DNA from: Candidatus Sumerlaeaceae bacterium
GTDB lineage: Bacteria > Sumerlaeota > Sumerlaeia > Sumerlaeales > Sumerlaeaceae
Direction: 5' to 3'
NCBI GenBank assembly: GCA_049968255.1
Contig: JBMFRB010000002.1
Coordinates: 288,001-352,000 of the forward strand
DNA: 64,000 nucleotides
The translations under genes were made by a program, and so were the position numbers. The notes beneath the pieces were generated by a model, which was not told the DNA's origin, did no database searches, and worked only from the letters and a program-made list of their open reading frames with translations. This document shows positions 1 through 9,012 of this stretch, piece by piece. Within the stretch, counting starts at the first letter, position 1. Each line of letters begins with the position of its first letter.

Positions 1-114
1 ACGGTCAGCTTCCAAAGCATGACGAGAGAAGATAAGCCCAGCGAACAGCAGCAGATTTTTCGTCCACTGCTTTGGCCTTAACTCTTCAATCAGTGCGTCA
101 ATTGTTCCTGGCAT
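1..114 (-). CDS. UbiA-family prenyltransferase, decaprenyl-phosphate phosphoribosyltransferase-like (5' end only, runs off the window)
   Basis: Not in the ORF track. Manual translation from ATG at 114 gives MPGTIDALIEELRPKQWTKNLLLFAGLIFSRHALEADR; RPxQWxKN is the N-terminal signature of this UbiA subfamily. Confidence 0.8.
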   Translation of the reverse strand, partial: MPGTIDALIEELRPKQWTKNLLLFAGLIFSRHALEADR

Positions 115-200
115 TTCAATAGATCCGATAGGTCTTCCTACTCGCGAGCTTCCAAAACATCTGCTCAATTCTCTATCTAGCGCGAAAATCAAAGATAAAC

Positions 201-2570
201 ATGCGAGAGAACTGCGCAATTCTTATTGACGCGAGGACTATCCCTTCCCACACTACTTCATTTATGCACCCAACAGAAGTCTATGTGCGAACGTGCAGCC
301 TTCGAATCGGGCAAACAAGCCAACGTGAGCACTTTTTTTGGCTGTTGCCCATGGTGGCGTGTTTGTTCTTTTTGGCTAGTGCGCTGGGCGCCACAACGAT
401 AACAAAAACCTTTGATCGGCCGACGACACCTACGGACGAAAAGGCAATTTCTTCGCTGGCAAAATTAGGTTCTGATGACGAAACAACGGCTCCGCGAGCC
501 CGACAATTCCAACTCACGCCAGTCGCAACTCTTGAGGTTGCAGTCTCAGCCCGCCAGGTCAAGTTTGGCACTGTTGGGACGACGCAGACAGTTCGTTTCT
601 TGGTCGAGGACGAGCAAGGTAAACCTTTGGCCGGTGTTAGTCTTTCACCTGTAGTTGTGGCCGAGCCAGAGGGAACGCGAAAGCACATGGAGATTCATCC
701 CCGCACCGCCGTGACCGACGCCGCGGGGTATGTGACGTTCCAGGTTTTTCTTGGAGACCAACCAGGTCTTTACGACGTGCTTCTCTTTCAAAATACTCCG
801 GCCCAAGGCGAGATTGTTTTTACTCGGCTCGAGTTCGTTGTGCAGGACAACAACTGGGCCACGATGCTCGTTCTCAGTCTCGCAGGCGGGCTCGCCATCT
901 TTCTTTATGGTCTGAAGTTAGCCTCTGATGGGCTGCAAGCTTTGGTGGGGGATCGGCTAAGGCAACATGTGGCCGAGTGGACAAAAAATCCGCTCAGTGG
1001 CTTGCTCGTTGGTTTCGTGATTACGACACTGACACAGAGTAGCGGTGCGACGACGGCGCTCGTGATGACTTTTGTGCGTGCCGGCGCATTATCTTTGTCG
1101 AATTCCATTGGTATTATTTTGGGCGCCGCAATCAGTGGCACGCTCACCGTCCAGCTCATTTCTTTGAATCTTTTTGCTTATGCATTGCCAGCGATCGCAG
1201 TGGGATTTGCTATTTATCTGCGGCAGGGCTCTGCCCGCTCGCGTGCTACTGGCCTCGCTATTATGGGAGTTGGTTTTGTCTTTTTCGGCATGAAAATCAT
1301 GACAGACGAGATGGCTCCGCTGAAGCTCTTTCCATTTTTCACAGCAGCCGTCAAAGCTTTGAGTGATCATCCCGTATGGGCAGTCGCGTTCAGTTTTCTT
1401 TTTACCGCCATGGCCCAGAGCAGTGGGGCAACGGTCGGTATCGTTCTCTCTTTGACCCGGCAGGAGCTACTCACACTAGAAGAAGCGATCCCAATGTTTT
1501 TTGGGGCCGCAATTGGGGCAAGCGTCACAGGGTTGACCGCTGCCATAGGCGCTCCGCCAGAGGCAAAGCGCGTGGCGCTGGCCCACCTTTTATACAAAAT
1601 TGCCGGGACATTAGTGTTTCTTCCCTTCATTGGCCCGCTGGCCAAGGCTGGGCTTTTGGTCACAAATCTTTTTATGTTTGATCCACGGACGGCCCTGCCA
1701 GCGGATGTCAATTCGCGTGCCGTAGCAAACACCTACACGCTCTTTATGATTGTGACTTCAGCGCTCACGATCCCAGCAATTCCTCTTCTGGAAAAGTTGT
1801 GCAGATTCCTCGTGCCGGAAAAGCGTGTAGCGGATATTGCTCGGGCGAAATATTTAGCTCTCACTGCAGGGGATCAAGCCGCCGTAAAGTTGGGTGCAGC
1901 ACGGCGCGAGTTGTCGCGAATGGCGCGTTTTGTGGAGGAAATGTATCACAAAGTCCCAGACGCACTTTTTGAAAAAGACGAAGAAGCTGCCATTTTCATC
2001 CGGGAACGAGATCAGAAAGTGGACATGCTCAACACTGAGCTCACGCGCCATCTAATCGATTTGACCAGCCACGACATTGGGGAAAAAGATATTTTGGAAG
2101 CCACTACGCTCCTTTTCATTGTGAGCGATTTGGAATCTGTTGGCGACATCATTGACAAAAATATCGTTCCGCTTGCGCAAAAAATGCGCGCTAAAAATCT
2201 CACTTTTTCTCGAGAAGGGCTTGAGGACTTAGAGGCCTTGTATAGTGCAGTGATGGAGCGACTGTCTCACACGATCATTGCTCTAACGACGAAAGAAACC
2301 TTTTTGGCCAACTCGGTCGTGGAAGGTTTCTATCGTCTGCAGAATGAGGGAAAACTTTTGCACTATAATCATCTCATGCGATTGCGCGCAAACGTGCTTG
2401 AATCAGTGGAGACGAGTAGTATCCACTTGGACGTGATTCATTATCTTCTGCGCATTGATTATCTCTTGTTTGATATCTGTTTGCACCTCTTGGGAAAGGG
2501 GCTTCCGCCGGAAGTTCTGGCACAGGCTCAACAGATGTGCGCCACGCCCCCGCAAGAATCAGACGTGTGA
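201..2570 (+). CDS. Na+/Pi cotransporter (NptA/YjbB family) with an N-terminal exported Ig-like domain and a C-terminal PhoU-like domain
   Basis: Two QSS(G)AT repeats, GLAIFLYGL start of the membrane domain, many TM segments, and a PhoU-like helical tail (DLESVGD). True start uncertain (264 or 351 also possible). Confidence 0.88.
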   Translation: MRENCAILIDARTIPSHTTSFMHPTEVYVRTCSLRIGQTSQREHFFWLLPMVACLFFLASALGATTITKTFDRPTTPTDEKAISSLAKLGSDDETTAPRARQFQLTPVATLEVAVSARQVKFGTVGTTQTVRFLVEDEQGKPLAGVSLSPVVVAEPEGTRKHMEIHPRTAVTDAAGYVTFQVFLGDQPGLYDVLLFQNTPAQGEIVFTRLEFVVQDNNWATMLVLSLAGGLAIFLYGLKLASDGLQALVGDRLRQHVAEWTKNPLSGLLVGFVITTLTQSSGATTALVMTFVRAGALSLSNSIGIILGAAISGTLTVQLISLNLFAYALPAIAVGFAIYLRQGSARSRATGLAIMGVGFVFFGMKIMTDEMAPLKLFPFFTAAVKALSDHPVWAVAFSFLFTAMAQSSGATVGIVLSLTRQELLTLEEAIPMFFGAAIGASVTGLTAAIGAPPEAKRVALAHLLYKIAGTLVFLPFIGPLAKAGLLVTNLFMFDPRTALPADVNSRAVANTYTLFMIVTSALTIPAIPLLEKLCRFLVPEKRVADIARAKYLALTAGDQAAVKLGAARRELSRMARFVEEMYHKVPDALFEKDEEAAIFIRERDQKVDMLNTELTRHLIDLTSHDIGEKDILEATTLLFIVSDLESVGDIIDKNIVPLAQKMRAKNLTFSREGLEDLEALYSAVMERLSHTIIALTTKETFLANSVVEGFYRLQNEGKLLHYNHLMRLRANVLESVETSSIHLDVIHYLLRIDYLLFDICLHLLGKGLPPEVLAQAQQMCATPPQESDV

Positions 2571-2586
2571 TGAATGATCGGTTGGA

Positions 2587-3345
2587 GTGACGGCGAAAAG
2601 TAGCGTGGAGCACGATTTCCGAGTAGCGTTAGTAACAGGCGCGAGCCGTGGTTTGGGTCAAGCCGTCTGCCATGCGTTAGCTCGCAACGGTTATTGCGTC
2701 ATAGGGGTCAGTCGGACCTTCGAACCGACTTCGGGTTCTTTCCCTATACCCAAGCGACGCTGTAAAAGAGGCACCTTGCTGCGATTTCACTGCGATGTTC
2801 GCTCCGGCGCTGACACGAGAGCGCTGGTGTCGTGGGTCGACGCAAACCTAGGGAGGCTAGATGTGCTGGTAAACAATGCGGGGGTAGGGACGTTTATTCC
2901 GGTGGGGGAGACTTCTGACAAGCAATGGGAAACCATCCTTTCAACGAACTTGACCGGTGCTTTTTTGTGCACCCGTGAAAGTATTCCCCTCTTGGAAAAG
3001 AGCGGTGGGGGGCTCATAGTGAATGTTGCTTCTATCGCAGCAATCCGGGGACTCCCGAATCTGGCCGCTTACAGTGCGAGCAAAGCGGGGCTCGTTGGTA
3101 TGGGCCAAGCACTAGCGGCCGAGCTGCGGCCCCGAAACATACATGTGTGCAACGTGCTTGCAGGCGCTATTGCCACGGAATTTTGGAACTCAGCAGGCTT
3201 GGCTGCACATTGGAGTCGGGAGGACATGATGTCCGCGGAGAGGGTGGCAGAGCTTTTGTCCCATGTCATTGGTCTCTACCCTGATGTTGTTGTGGAGCAG
3301 CTCGTCCTCATGCCAGCGCGAGGTCTGATTCAAGATGTAGGGTAG
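2587..3345 (+). CDS. SDR-family NAD(P)-dependent oxidoreductase
   Basis: TGASRGLG, NNAG and YSASK motifs. Confidence 0.92.
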   Translation: MTAKSSVEHDFRVALVTGASRGLGQAVCHALARNGYCVIGVSRTFEPTSGSFPIPKRRCKRGTLLRFHCDVRSGADTRALVSWVDANLGRLDVLVNNAGVGTFIPVGETSDKQWETILSTNLTGAFLCTRESIPLLEKSGGGLIVNVASIAAIRGLPNLAAYSASKAGLVGMGQALAAELRPRNIHVCNVLAGAIATEFWNSAGLAAHWSREDMMSAERVAELLSHVIGLYPDVVVEQLVLMPARGLIQDVG

Positions 3346-4238
3346 GACTGGGCTAAGTCGGCTAGATTTTCGCTAAGCGCGCGTGGAGCAAATCCTAGTA
3401 AAGTTCGCGCTTTTGTGATGTCGAGGGACACATCTTGAGGGCGGGGGGCCGGCAGGTTTTGCTGCTCTTCTACCAGCAAGGCTGGTTCGATGTTTGAAGC
3501 AGGCAAACCAAATGCTTCAGCAACTTTCACTCCGATCTCGTAACGGGACAATTTTTCTGCCCCTCCGGCATGCCAGAGGCCAGTCTGATGCGTTTTGATT
3601 AAGTAAACAATAAGCCAGCAAAGTTCGTTCACTGCGATTGGGGAGCGATATTCATCCGTGAATAGTTTGCACTTGCCGCGTCTCAGATCCTCAAGTAACC
3701 ATTTGAGGAAACCTCCTCGACCCAAGGGGGTTGGGCTCCCGTAGATCAGTGCGCTTCTCACAATGGCCCAGTCTGCTTCGTAGCTAAGCTCGACAGCCTG
3801 TTCCGCTGCTCTTTTCGTTCGTCCGTAGACCATGATAGGATTGGGCTGATCGTTTTCGGTGTAGCCGCCCTTTTTGCCGTCAAAAACGAGGTCGGTTGAA
3901 ATCAACACGAAAAAGGGCTTTTCGCGGAAAACCTCGTTAGCGGCTTGAATGATGTTCTGTGTGGAGGCAAAATTGTCACGTAACGCAGCCTCGGGCTGTG
4001 CTTCGCAAGTGGCAGTCGAAGTGACGGCCGCAGTGTGGACGATATGGCTGGGCTGCCATTTTGCCAAAAGCTCGCGGGTCTGCGTTGCGTCGCCCAAGTC
4101 ACAGTGAGTGCAGGTTGCTTTTTCAAACGTAATTGGGGATTTCCTGAAGACAGCCATGACCTCGCACCCGCATTTTTCCAAGGAACTCACGAGATGATAG
4201 CCTAAAAATCCAGAAGCACCCGTGACCATAACTCTCAT
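3330..4238 (-). CDS. dTDP-4-dehydrorhamnose reductase (RmlD)-like extended SDR
   Basis: TGASGFLG, ISTDLVFDG, YGRTK and the C-terminal RPxDVSLD motif. Confidence 0.85.
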   Translation of the reverse strand: MRVMVTGASGFLGYHLVSSLEKCGCEVMAVFRKSPITFEKATCTHCDLGDATQTRELLAKWQPSHIVHTAAVTSTATCEAQPEAALRDNFASTQNIIQAANEVFREKPFFVLISTDLVFDGKKGGYTENDQPNPIMVYGRTKRAAEQAVELSYEADWAIVRSALIYGSPTPLGRGGFLKWLLEDLRRGKCKLFTDEYRSPIAVNELCWLIVYLIKTHQTGLWHAGGAEKLSRYEIGVKVAEAFGLPASNIEPALLVEEQQNLPAPRPQDVSLDITKARTLLGFAPRALSENLADLAQSYPTS

Positions 4239-5161
4239 GAGCCACCTCCAGCTCCTTTCTCGGCGAGTCGTGTGAGTCGCTCCACGGCACTTCTCAGCTT
4301 CTGAGTGTTGGTATGAGTATAGATCTGAGTGGACGTGATGGAGGCATGGCCAAGCAGGCGCTGAATCTCAAGAATGTCCACTTCGCTCAAATGCAAAAGG
4401 GTGGCGAACGTGTGACGAAGCTTGTGCGGACTGATTCTCCCTTTTACGATCCCCGCGCGTCTGACGTGCTTTTTGACAATATTATAAACTCCGCGGCCGG
4501 TAAGGCGCTTACCGAATTTGTTCACGAAAAGCGGTTCGGGATCCGCAGTAACGGGGCGGACCTCCAACCATGCCGTCAGTGCATCAATGACGATCGCGTT
4601 TAGGGGAATAAGACGCTCTTTTGAGCCTTTTCCCAGGACTTTAGCTGTTCGTCGCTCGAAATCTATGGAAGCAAGATCGAGCCCAACAAGTTCTTGCCTG
4701 CGCATTCCAGTAAAGGCAAGAAGAACGAGAATTGCGTAGTCGCGCACGCCCCACGTATCTGATAGTTCCGGGGCTGACAAAAGGGCGCGTAATTCGCTTT
4801 CCACGAGATAGATTGGTAGCTTGCGGGGAAGTTTTGGATTATGAATGTAGGCCGCTGGGCTATATTCGATGTGCTTTTGTTGCACACAGTACTCAAAGAA
4901 AACGCGTAACGACGCAATCGTTCGACTCAGCGTCGCGCTTTTGTGGCGACGCTCCTGCTGAAGATGGTTGAGGTAATCTTTGATATGCTGAGTGTTCACC
5001 CGACCAACGGATGGTTCCGACCCAAGCGTGCGAATGAGATACTCCTTAAACTTCTGCAGGTCGTAGCGATACGCGGCACGTGTGGAAGGAGAGAGGTTTC
5101 GTTCGACCTTAAGATATTGGTCGAACTCCGACATGATGTCTGAGAAAACGGCCAGCGCCAT
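4235..5161 (-). CDS. XerC/XerD-family tyrosine recombinase
   Basis: N-terminal SAM-like domain (ERNLSPSTRAAYRYDL) and the catalytic set TGMRxxEL, GKGSKER, HKLRHTFAT, LLGHASITSTQIY. XerC versus XerD cannot be resolved by eye. Confidence 0.93.
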   Translation of the reverse strand: MALAVFSDIMSEFDQYLKVERNLSPSTRAAYRYDLQKFKEYLIRTLGSEPSVGRVNTQHIKDYLNHLQQERRHKSATLSRTIASLRVFFEYCVQQKHIEYSPAAYIHNPKLPRKLPIYLVESELRALLSAPELSDTWGVRDYAILVLLAFTGMRRQELVGLDLASIDFERRTAKVLGKGSKERLIPLNAIVIDALTAWLEVRPVTADPEPLFVNKFGKRLTGRGVYNIVKKHVRRAGIVKGRISPHKLRHTFATLLHLSEVDILEIQRLLGHASITSTQIYTHTNTQKLRSAVERLTRLAEKGAGGGS

Positions 5162-5305
5162 CCAACAGTTCTCCAGAAACAGCTTGTTCTACTCTCAGAA
5201 GACACATTAGTGTTTGCGCTTGATACGACACAACGCAACCAAAAACTCTTCTGACACAGTGAGAAGCAAAGCGACAATTCAGAGATTCCAGCAGGGGAGT
5301 GGCCA

Positions 5306-6727
5306 TTGAATCTTGGACCGAAATGGAAGGCCAGAGGGGCAAGTCTTATTGCGCGGCTGACGGGCCGCTCCTTCGCATCGAGTTCTGCACGGTCCTTTGC
5401 GAAAAGCGCGGGGTGGATTGGCATCACGTTTCTGTTTTCGCGCGCTATCGGCATGATTGTGCCGCTTCTCGCGGCACGCTACTTGGGAAAAGAGATCTTC
5501 GGAAAAGCGACCCTTGCCATAACAGTCGGGCAATTTCTTAGCATGGTCATGCTCCTCGGCATGAACAACGCAGTCGTTCGATACGGGGCGCCGAAGCATC
5601 AGCCCCGCGAAGAAGTTGCCGCGGCTCTTTTTGTTACCGCTTTCGCTACCCTGGCTGTCCTGTTAGTCGTTGGCCTTGGCGGCGGTCAAGCCCTTGCGTG
5701 CACCTTTCATTTCGAGAAAGACATTATTCACTGGGGAGTGCTGTTCGCCCTCTTTGCCACGGCCTATGTTTTGACCACCAGCTTTTTACAGGCCTTTCAT
5801 CGGTTCTACGAGAGGGGAGTGGGGGAACTGTTGACAGCCGTGAGTGTCGTTTTCGGTTTTGGTTGTGGGGTCCTCGCGTACGGGCGGCATTTAGCAGCGT
5901 ATCTTCTCGCCATCTGCCTGGCGTTTCTCACAGCCACTTGCTACGCGGTGTATCATACAAAGCGACATTTAGGAACGATGGCTTGGCCTGCCCCTCACAC
6001 GCTCAGGGTGATGACCGCCTATGGTACTCTTTCAACACTAGGCAACATCGGTTTTATCCTAACTTTTTACATTCAGCCCATGATCCTAAACAAGCTTTTA
6101 TCAGCAAGTGAGGTCGGCCTGTTTCGCGTCTATCAAACAGCGAGCATCACCATAGCACAATCACTCTCCGTGATCTTCAACACCGTTTTCTTTCCCAAGG
6201 CCTCTGCAAGTGCTAACAGAAAGGAACTCTGGCGCGTGACCTGGAGGCTGTGGGCAGTTGCACTCTTGCCCCTGGGTGCCGCCTACATCCTATCGCAACT
6301 TGTGCTCATCCCGGTCGCAGGAAGAGACTATCCATTGAACTGGAACCTCATGGGACTTTTTGCGATAACATCGCTTTTCATAACGGTTCAGAGCACAGTC
6401 GGGCAGTTCCTGGGGGCAGAAGGGGTTCGTGGCGTTGCGGCCGGGCTTGTCGTTTCGATTGTGACTGGGAGCGTTTGTGTCGGGACAAGCTATCTGCTCG
6501 TGCCACGATTTCACTTAGCCGGGGCGTGCCTCGCGCTGCTTTTCGCTTATGCCATTGCTCTGGTTCTCGTCATTCTCGCCCAAGAGTATATCTTGCGTCA
6601 CGGCATCCCTGGAAGTGCCCAAACCCCCGAGAGGGAAGCGGGGGAGTACAGGGGAGCCTTCGAGGCTCACAGTGCGAGCGAAATTCTGCCCGAGCTCGCA
6701 TCCCGGGACAAGGAAGAGAATGAATAA
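5306..6727 (+). CDS. Oligosaccharide/polysaccharide flippase (Wzx/MOP family)
   Basis: About 12 hydrophobic segments and the ARYLGxExFG motif. Start uncertain. Confidence 0.85.
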   Translation: MNLGPKWKARGASLIARLTGRSFASSSARSFAKSAGWIGITFLFSRAIGMIVPLLAARYLGKEIFGKATLAITVGQFLSMVMLLGMNNAVVRYGAPKHQPREEVAAALFVTAFATLAVLLVVGLGGGQALACTFHFEKDIIHWGVLFALFATAYVLTTSFLQAFHRFYERGVGELLTAVSVVFGFGCGVLAYGRHLAAYLLAICLAFLTATCYAVYHTKRHLGTMAWPAPHTLRVMTAYGTLSTLGNIGFILTFYIQPMILNKLLSASEVGLFRVYQTASITIAQSLSVIFNTVFFPKASASANRKELWRVTWRLWAVALLPLGAAYILSQLVLIPVAGRDYPLNWNLMGLFAITSLFITVQSTVGQFLGAEGVRGVAAGLVVSIVTGSVCVGTSYLLVPRFHLAGACLALLFAYAIALVLVILAQEYILRHGIPGSAQTPEREAGEYRGAFEAHSASEILPELASRDKEENE

Positions 6728-7092
6728 TGCAAATTTGTCCCTCCCCTTAGTGCGATCTCCTTCCAAGCCGTGCTGCAGACAGGCATCATTTGATACGCTT
6801 GATTAGAGATTCTTGATGTGGCTCTTTTGCGCCAATGCGCCAACGATTTGCTGCAGCAACTCTCCACAAAATCCCAAGAGTCCAACCTCGTCGCCAAATC
6901 AATCAAGCTCGCTGGACAACTGGTTGCTGAACGATCTTAGCGTTCCGGCCGGCAGCAACTAGCCTCTCCCCAGACAATCCACACTGGTCACAGTTGCAAC
7001 GACAAGCTTCGTGGGCCCGGGATTTTGGCCTCGGCTGGCGTCGTGTGGGCTCCTGGAATCAGCCGAAAAGCCTGAAAATTGACTTTTCCACA

Positions 7093-7120
7093 ACTTCTCT
7101 AAATGTAAATTTAAGGAAGT
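7093..7120. other. 28-bp imperfect palindrome, candidate dif-like Xer recombination site
   Basis: ACTTCTCTAAA-TGTAAA-TTTAAGGAAGT: 11-6-11 geometry with arms 9/11 complementary, in a long intergenic gap about 1.9 kb from the xer gene. Confidence 0.4.
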
Positions 7121-7582
7121 TTATGTGATAAACACGTAGATCATTGCAAAATTGGTGATTATTAGTATGAGGTTCGACTCGCACTTCTGAGTGATAATGT
7201 ATTAAATGACTGATTGGTGTGTGTGTGGATGTCGTGGCTCTCGCACGCAATGCGGAGAGAATTGGCTGTGAGGAGCGGAGTGCTTCTCGCAGAAGTCGGG
7301 AAGAGTGAGAATTTTTTTGGCAGGCCACCAAGTGAGGTCGGCAACGGTTTTGGAGAGCCCAATTTTATTGGGTATGGGGAGGTCTAGCTCGAACGCCCAT
7401 GGTCTACAGTGGTTGGGTTCGATTTAGAGGACATGCCCTCGTTAACCCTCAATGAGCATGCCTGGTGAGCACAGCAACTTTGGTGGTCGTTTTGGTAGGA
7501 GCTTAATGAACGCAAGATGTAAACGCATAAAACAAGCAGTATAATGGCTAGGCTCAGTGATGAGGTGAACGGGGAGGCGAGA

Positions 7583-7597
7583 GAAGAAGAAGAAGAA
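7583..7597 (+). repeat. (GAA)5 trinucleotide tract
   Basis: GAAGAAGAAGAAGAA read directly in non-coding DNA. Confidence 0.9.
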
Positions 7598-7623
7598 CCT
7601 GTGCCGAAAACAAAGCGGGAATA

Positions 7624-9012
7624 TTAGCGAGGCATTGGGAATTGAGCAAAATAGACATGCCCATCGCCACCTTGATCGCGTGCAGATGTATAAACCAGCA
7701 CGACTTGGCTGTCCCCAACCGGTACTAGGACGAATGAGGGATGGCCAGCTGGACTTGGGGACATCGTCGCGATCATGGACGGAACAACTGCTTCTTTGGT
7801 TTGCGTTGGATCGCAACGTGCCAGGTGCACATACGTCTGGGAAGTGACGCGATCTTGGAAGGACAGGAGGAGGTCCGCCGTTGGCGAAATTGTTGTGATG
7901 ACTGGGTCGGATTGTGGAGTGCCGCGAAGGGGCATTGCGAAAGTCACAAGTTGGGTGGTTGTGGTGAAGTCGCGGTCTTTCTTTTCCATCGTGAGCACGA
8001 GCCTGTCACCGAGGCCTGTGGCTTCGAACCAAGCGGCGGCCAAGAGGTTGTCGCGTGGATTCAGGGGAGTGACAATTGGGAACCGATTTGCAGGAATGGC
8101 GTGAAGCAATGGATGAGAAATCTTGAATGTCCAACCGTTGGAGACCGCGTGATACTGCGCGGCCATGGTAACGAAGTGTGAGTGTTTTGTCGTAAACCAA
8201 ACGATGAAGGGGTCATTGTGAAGTATGAGAAGCTGAGGCGAGAAGATAGGAGACGCTGGACCGTGTGAAGCGGCAACATCCCAAACTTCGGCGGTCGAGC
8301 GGCCGGAATCAAATCTGGCTGCGAGCACAGATGAGCCATAATCAGTAGACTCTTGCCAGGTTAGCCAAACGTCTGGGGGAAAGGTATGCGTCACAGCAAG
8401 CCCTAACAAGTCGCACACTCCCCCATTGTGGCCAGCTCGGGATGGAAGTTCAATGGGATCAAGCCATTGTTCGCCAAGTCGCCGAAGTAAGCAAACGACG
8501 TCTCCTGCGGGCCGATGGGAAATCCAGGCGAGGTAGAGGTTGCCGAGCTCGTCGAAGGAAAGGACAGGGTTTCGATTTTCGCCGGGGGAGTCTCGGTCCG
8601 CAAGCATTTCCCCAAGCCACTCCCCTGCTATGTTTTCTCGTAGCACGATTCGCCGGCGCCCTGCCACGTAACCATCCCAGGCAACGGCCAGTCGGTTTGC
8701 TTGACTGTTGAGCGCGGCGTGCGCATGAGAGTTATCGAGGGAAATAGTGTCGATAGCTAAAAAGCGCAGGGTATCGTTGTCGGAGGCTGCCCCTTTTATG
8801 GCGAGAACGAGGAAAACAAGCACAATCATGCCTCCGCCCTGGCACGCCGCTTTCATATGCTGCCAGACGACGCGGGCAATTGGTTGCCTTACCGCGCGCG
8901 CATCTGGAGTTTTTGGTGCGATCTTCACATTCGTGCTTTCCTGCTCTCGAATGTTAGTAGAGTGTTGGTCCCTTAGGTGATTGGTTCCGTTTATTTGCGG
9001 AGAATTTTCCAT
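7624..9012 (-). CDS. Hypothetical exported protein, probably beta-propeller-like
   Basis: Long ORF with a hydrophobic signal-like segment (MIVLVFLVLAIKGAAS; likely start 8856 or 8829) and recurring AVAWD/YLAWI/WLTWQE/IVWF/AAWFE blade-like motifs. Confidence 0.7.
   Translation of the reverse strand: MENSPQINGTNHLRDQHSTNIREQESTNVKIAPKTPDARAVRQPIARVVWQHMKAACQGGGMIVLVFLVLAIKGAASDNDTLRFLAIDTISLDNSHAHAALNSQANRLAVAWDGYVAGRRRIVLRENIAGEWLGEMLADRDSPGENRNPVLSFDELGNLYLAWISHRPAGDVVCLLRRLGEQWLDPIELPSRAGHNGGVCDLLGLAVTHTFPPDVWLTWQESTDYGSSVLAARFDSGRSTAEVWDVAASHGPASPIFSPQLLILHNDPFIVWFTTKHSHFVTMAAQYHAVSNGWTFKISHPLLHAIPANRFPIVTPLNPRDNLLAAAWFEATGLGDRLVLTMEKKDRDFTTTTQLVTFAMPLRGTPQSDPVITTISPTADLLLSFQDRVTSQTYVHLARCDPTQTKEAVVPSMIATMSPSPAGHPSFVLVPVGDSQVVLVYTSARDQGGDGHVYFAQFPMPR

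Noticed and set aside
4235-5161. Possible integrase of a prophage or island
   Set aside because: Size and motifs fit XerC/D, and there is no tRNA target, att direct repeats or mobile cargo.
7160-7190. GGTTCGACTC resembling a tRNA T-loop (a similar GGTTCGAT lies near 7416)
   Set aside because: No complete T-stem, acceptor stem or anticodon arm could be paired.
7187-7214. GATAATGTATT resembling the centre of E. coli dif
   Set aside because: The right arm (AAATGACTGAT) does not match TTATGTTAAAT and the site has no symmetry.
7517-7545. TATAAT -10 element
   Set aside because: Poor -35 match and no sense gene downstream; cannot be supported without transcript data.
6667-7816. Short ORFs in the large gap (79, 90, 66 and 124 aa)
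   Set aside because: No recognisable motifs, RBS or protein-like composition.
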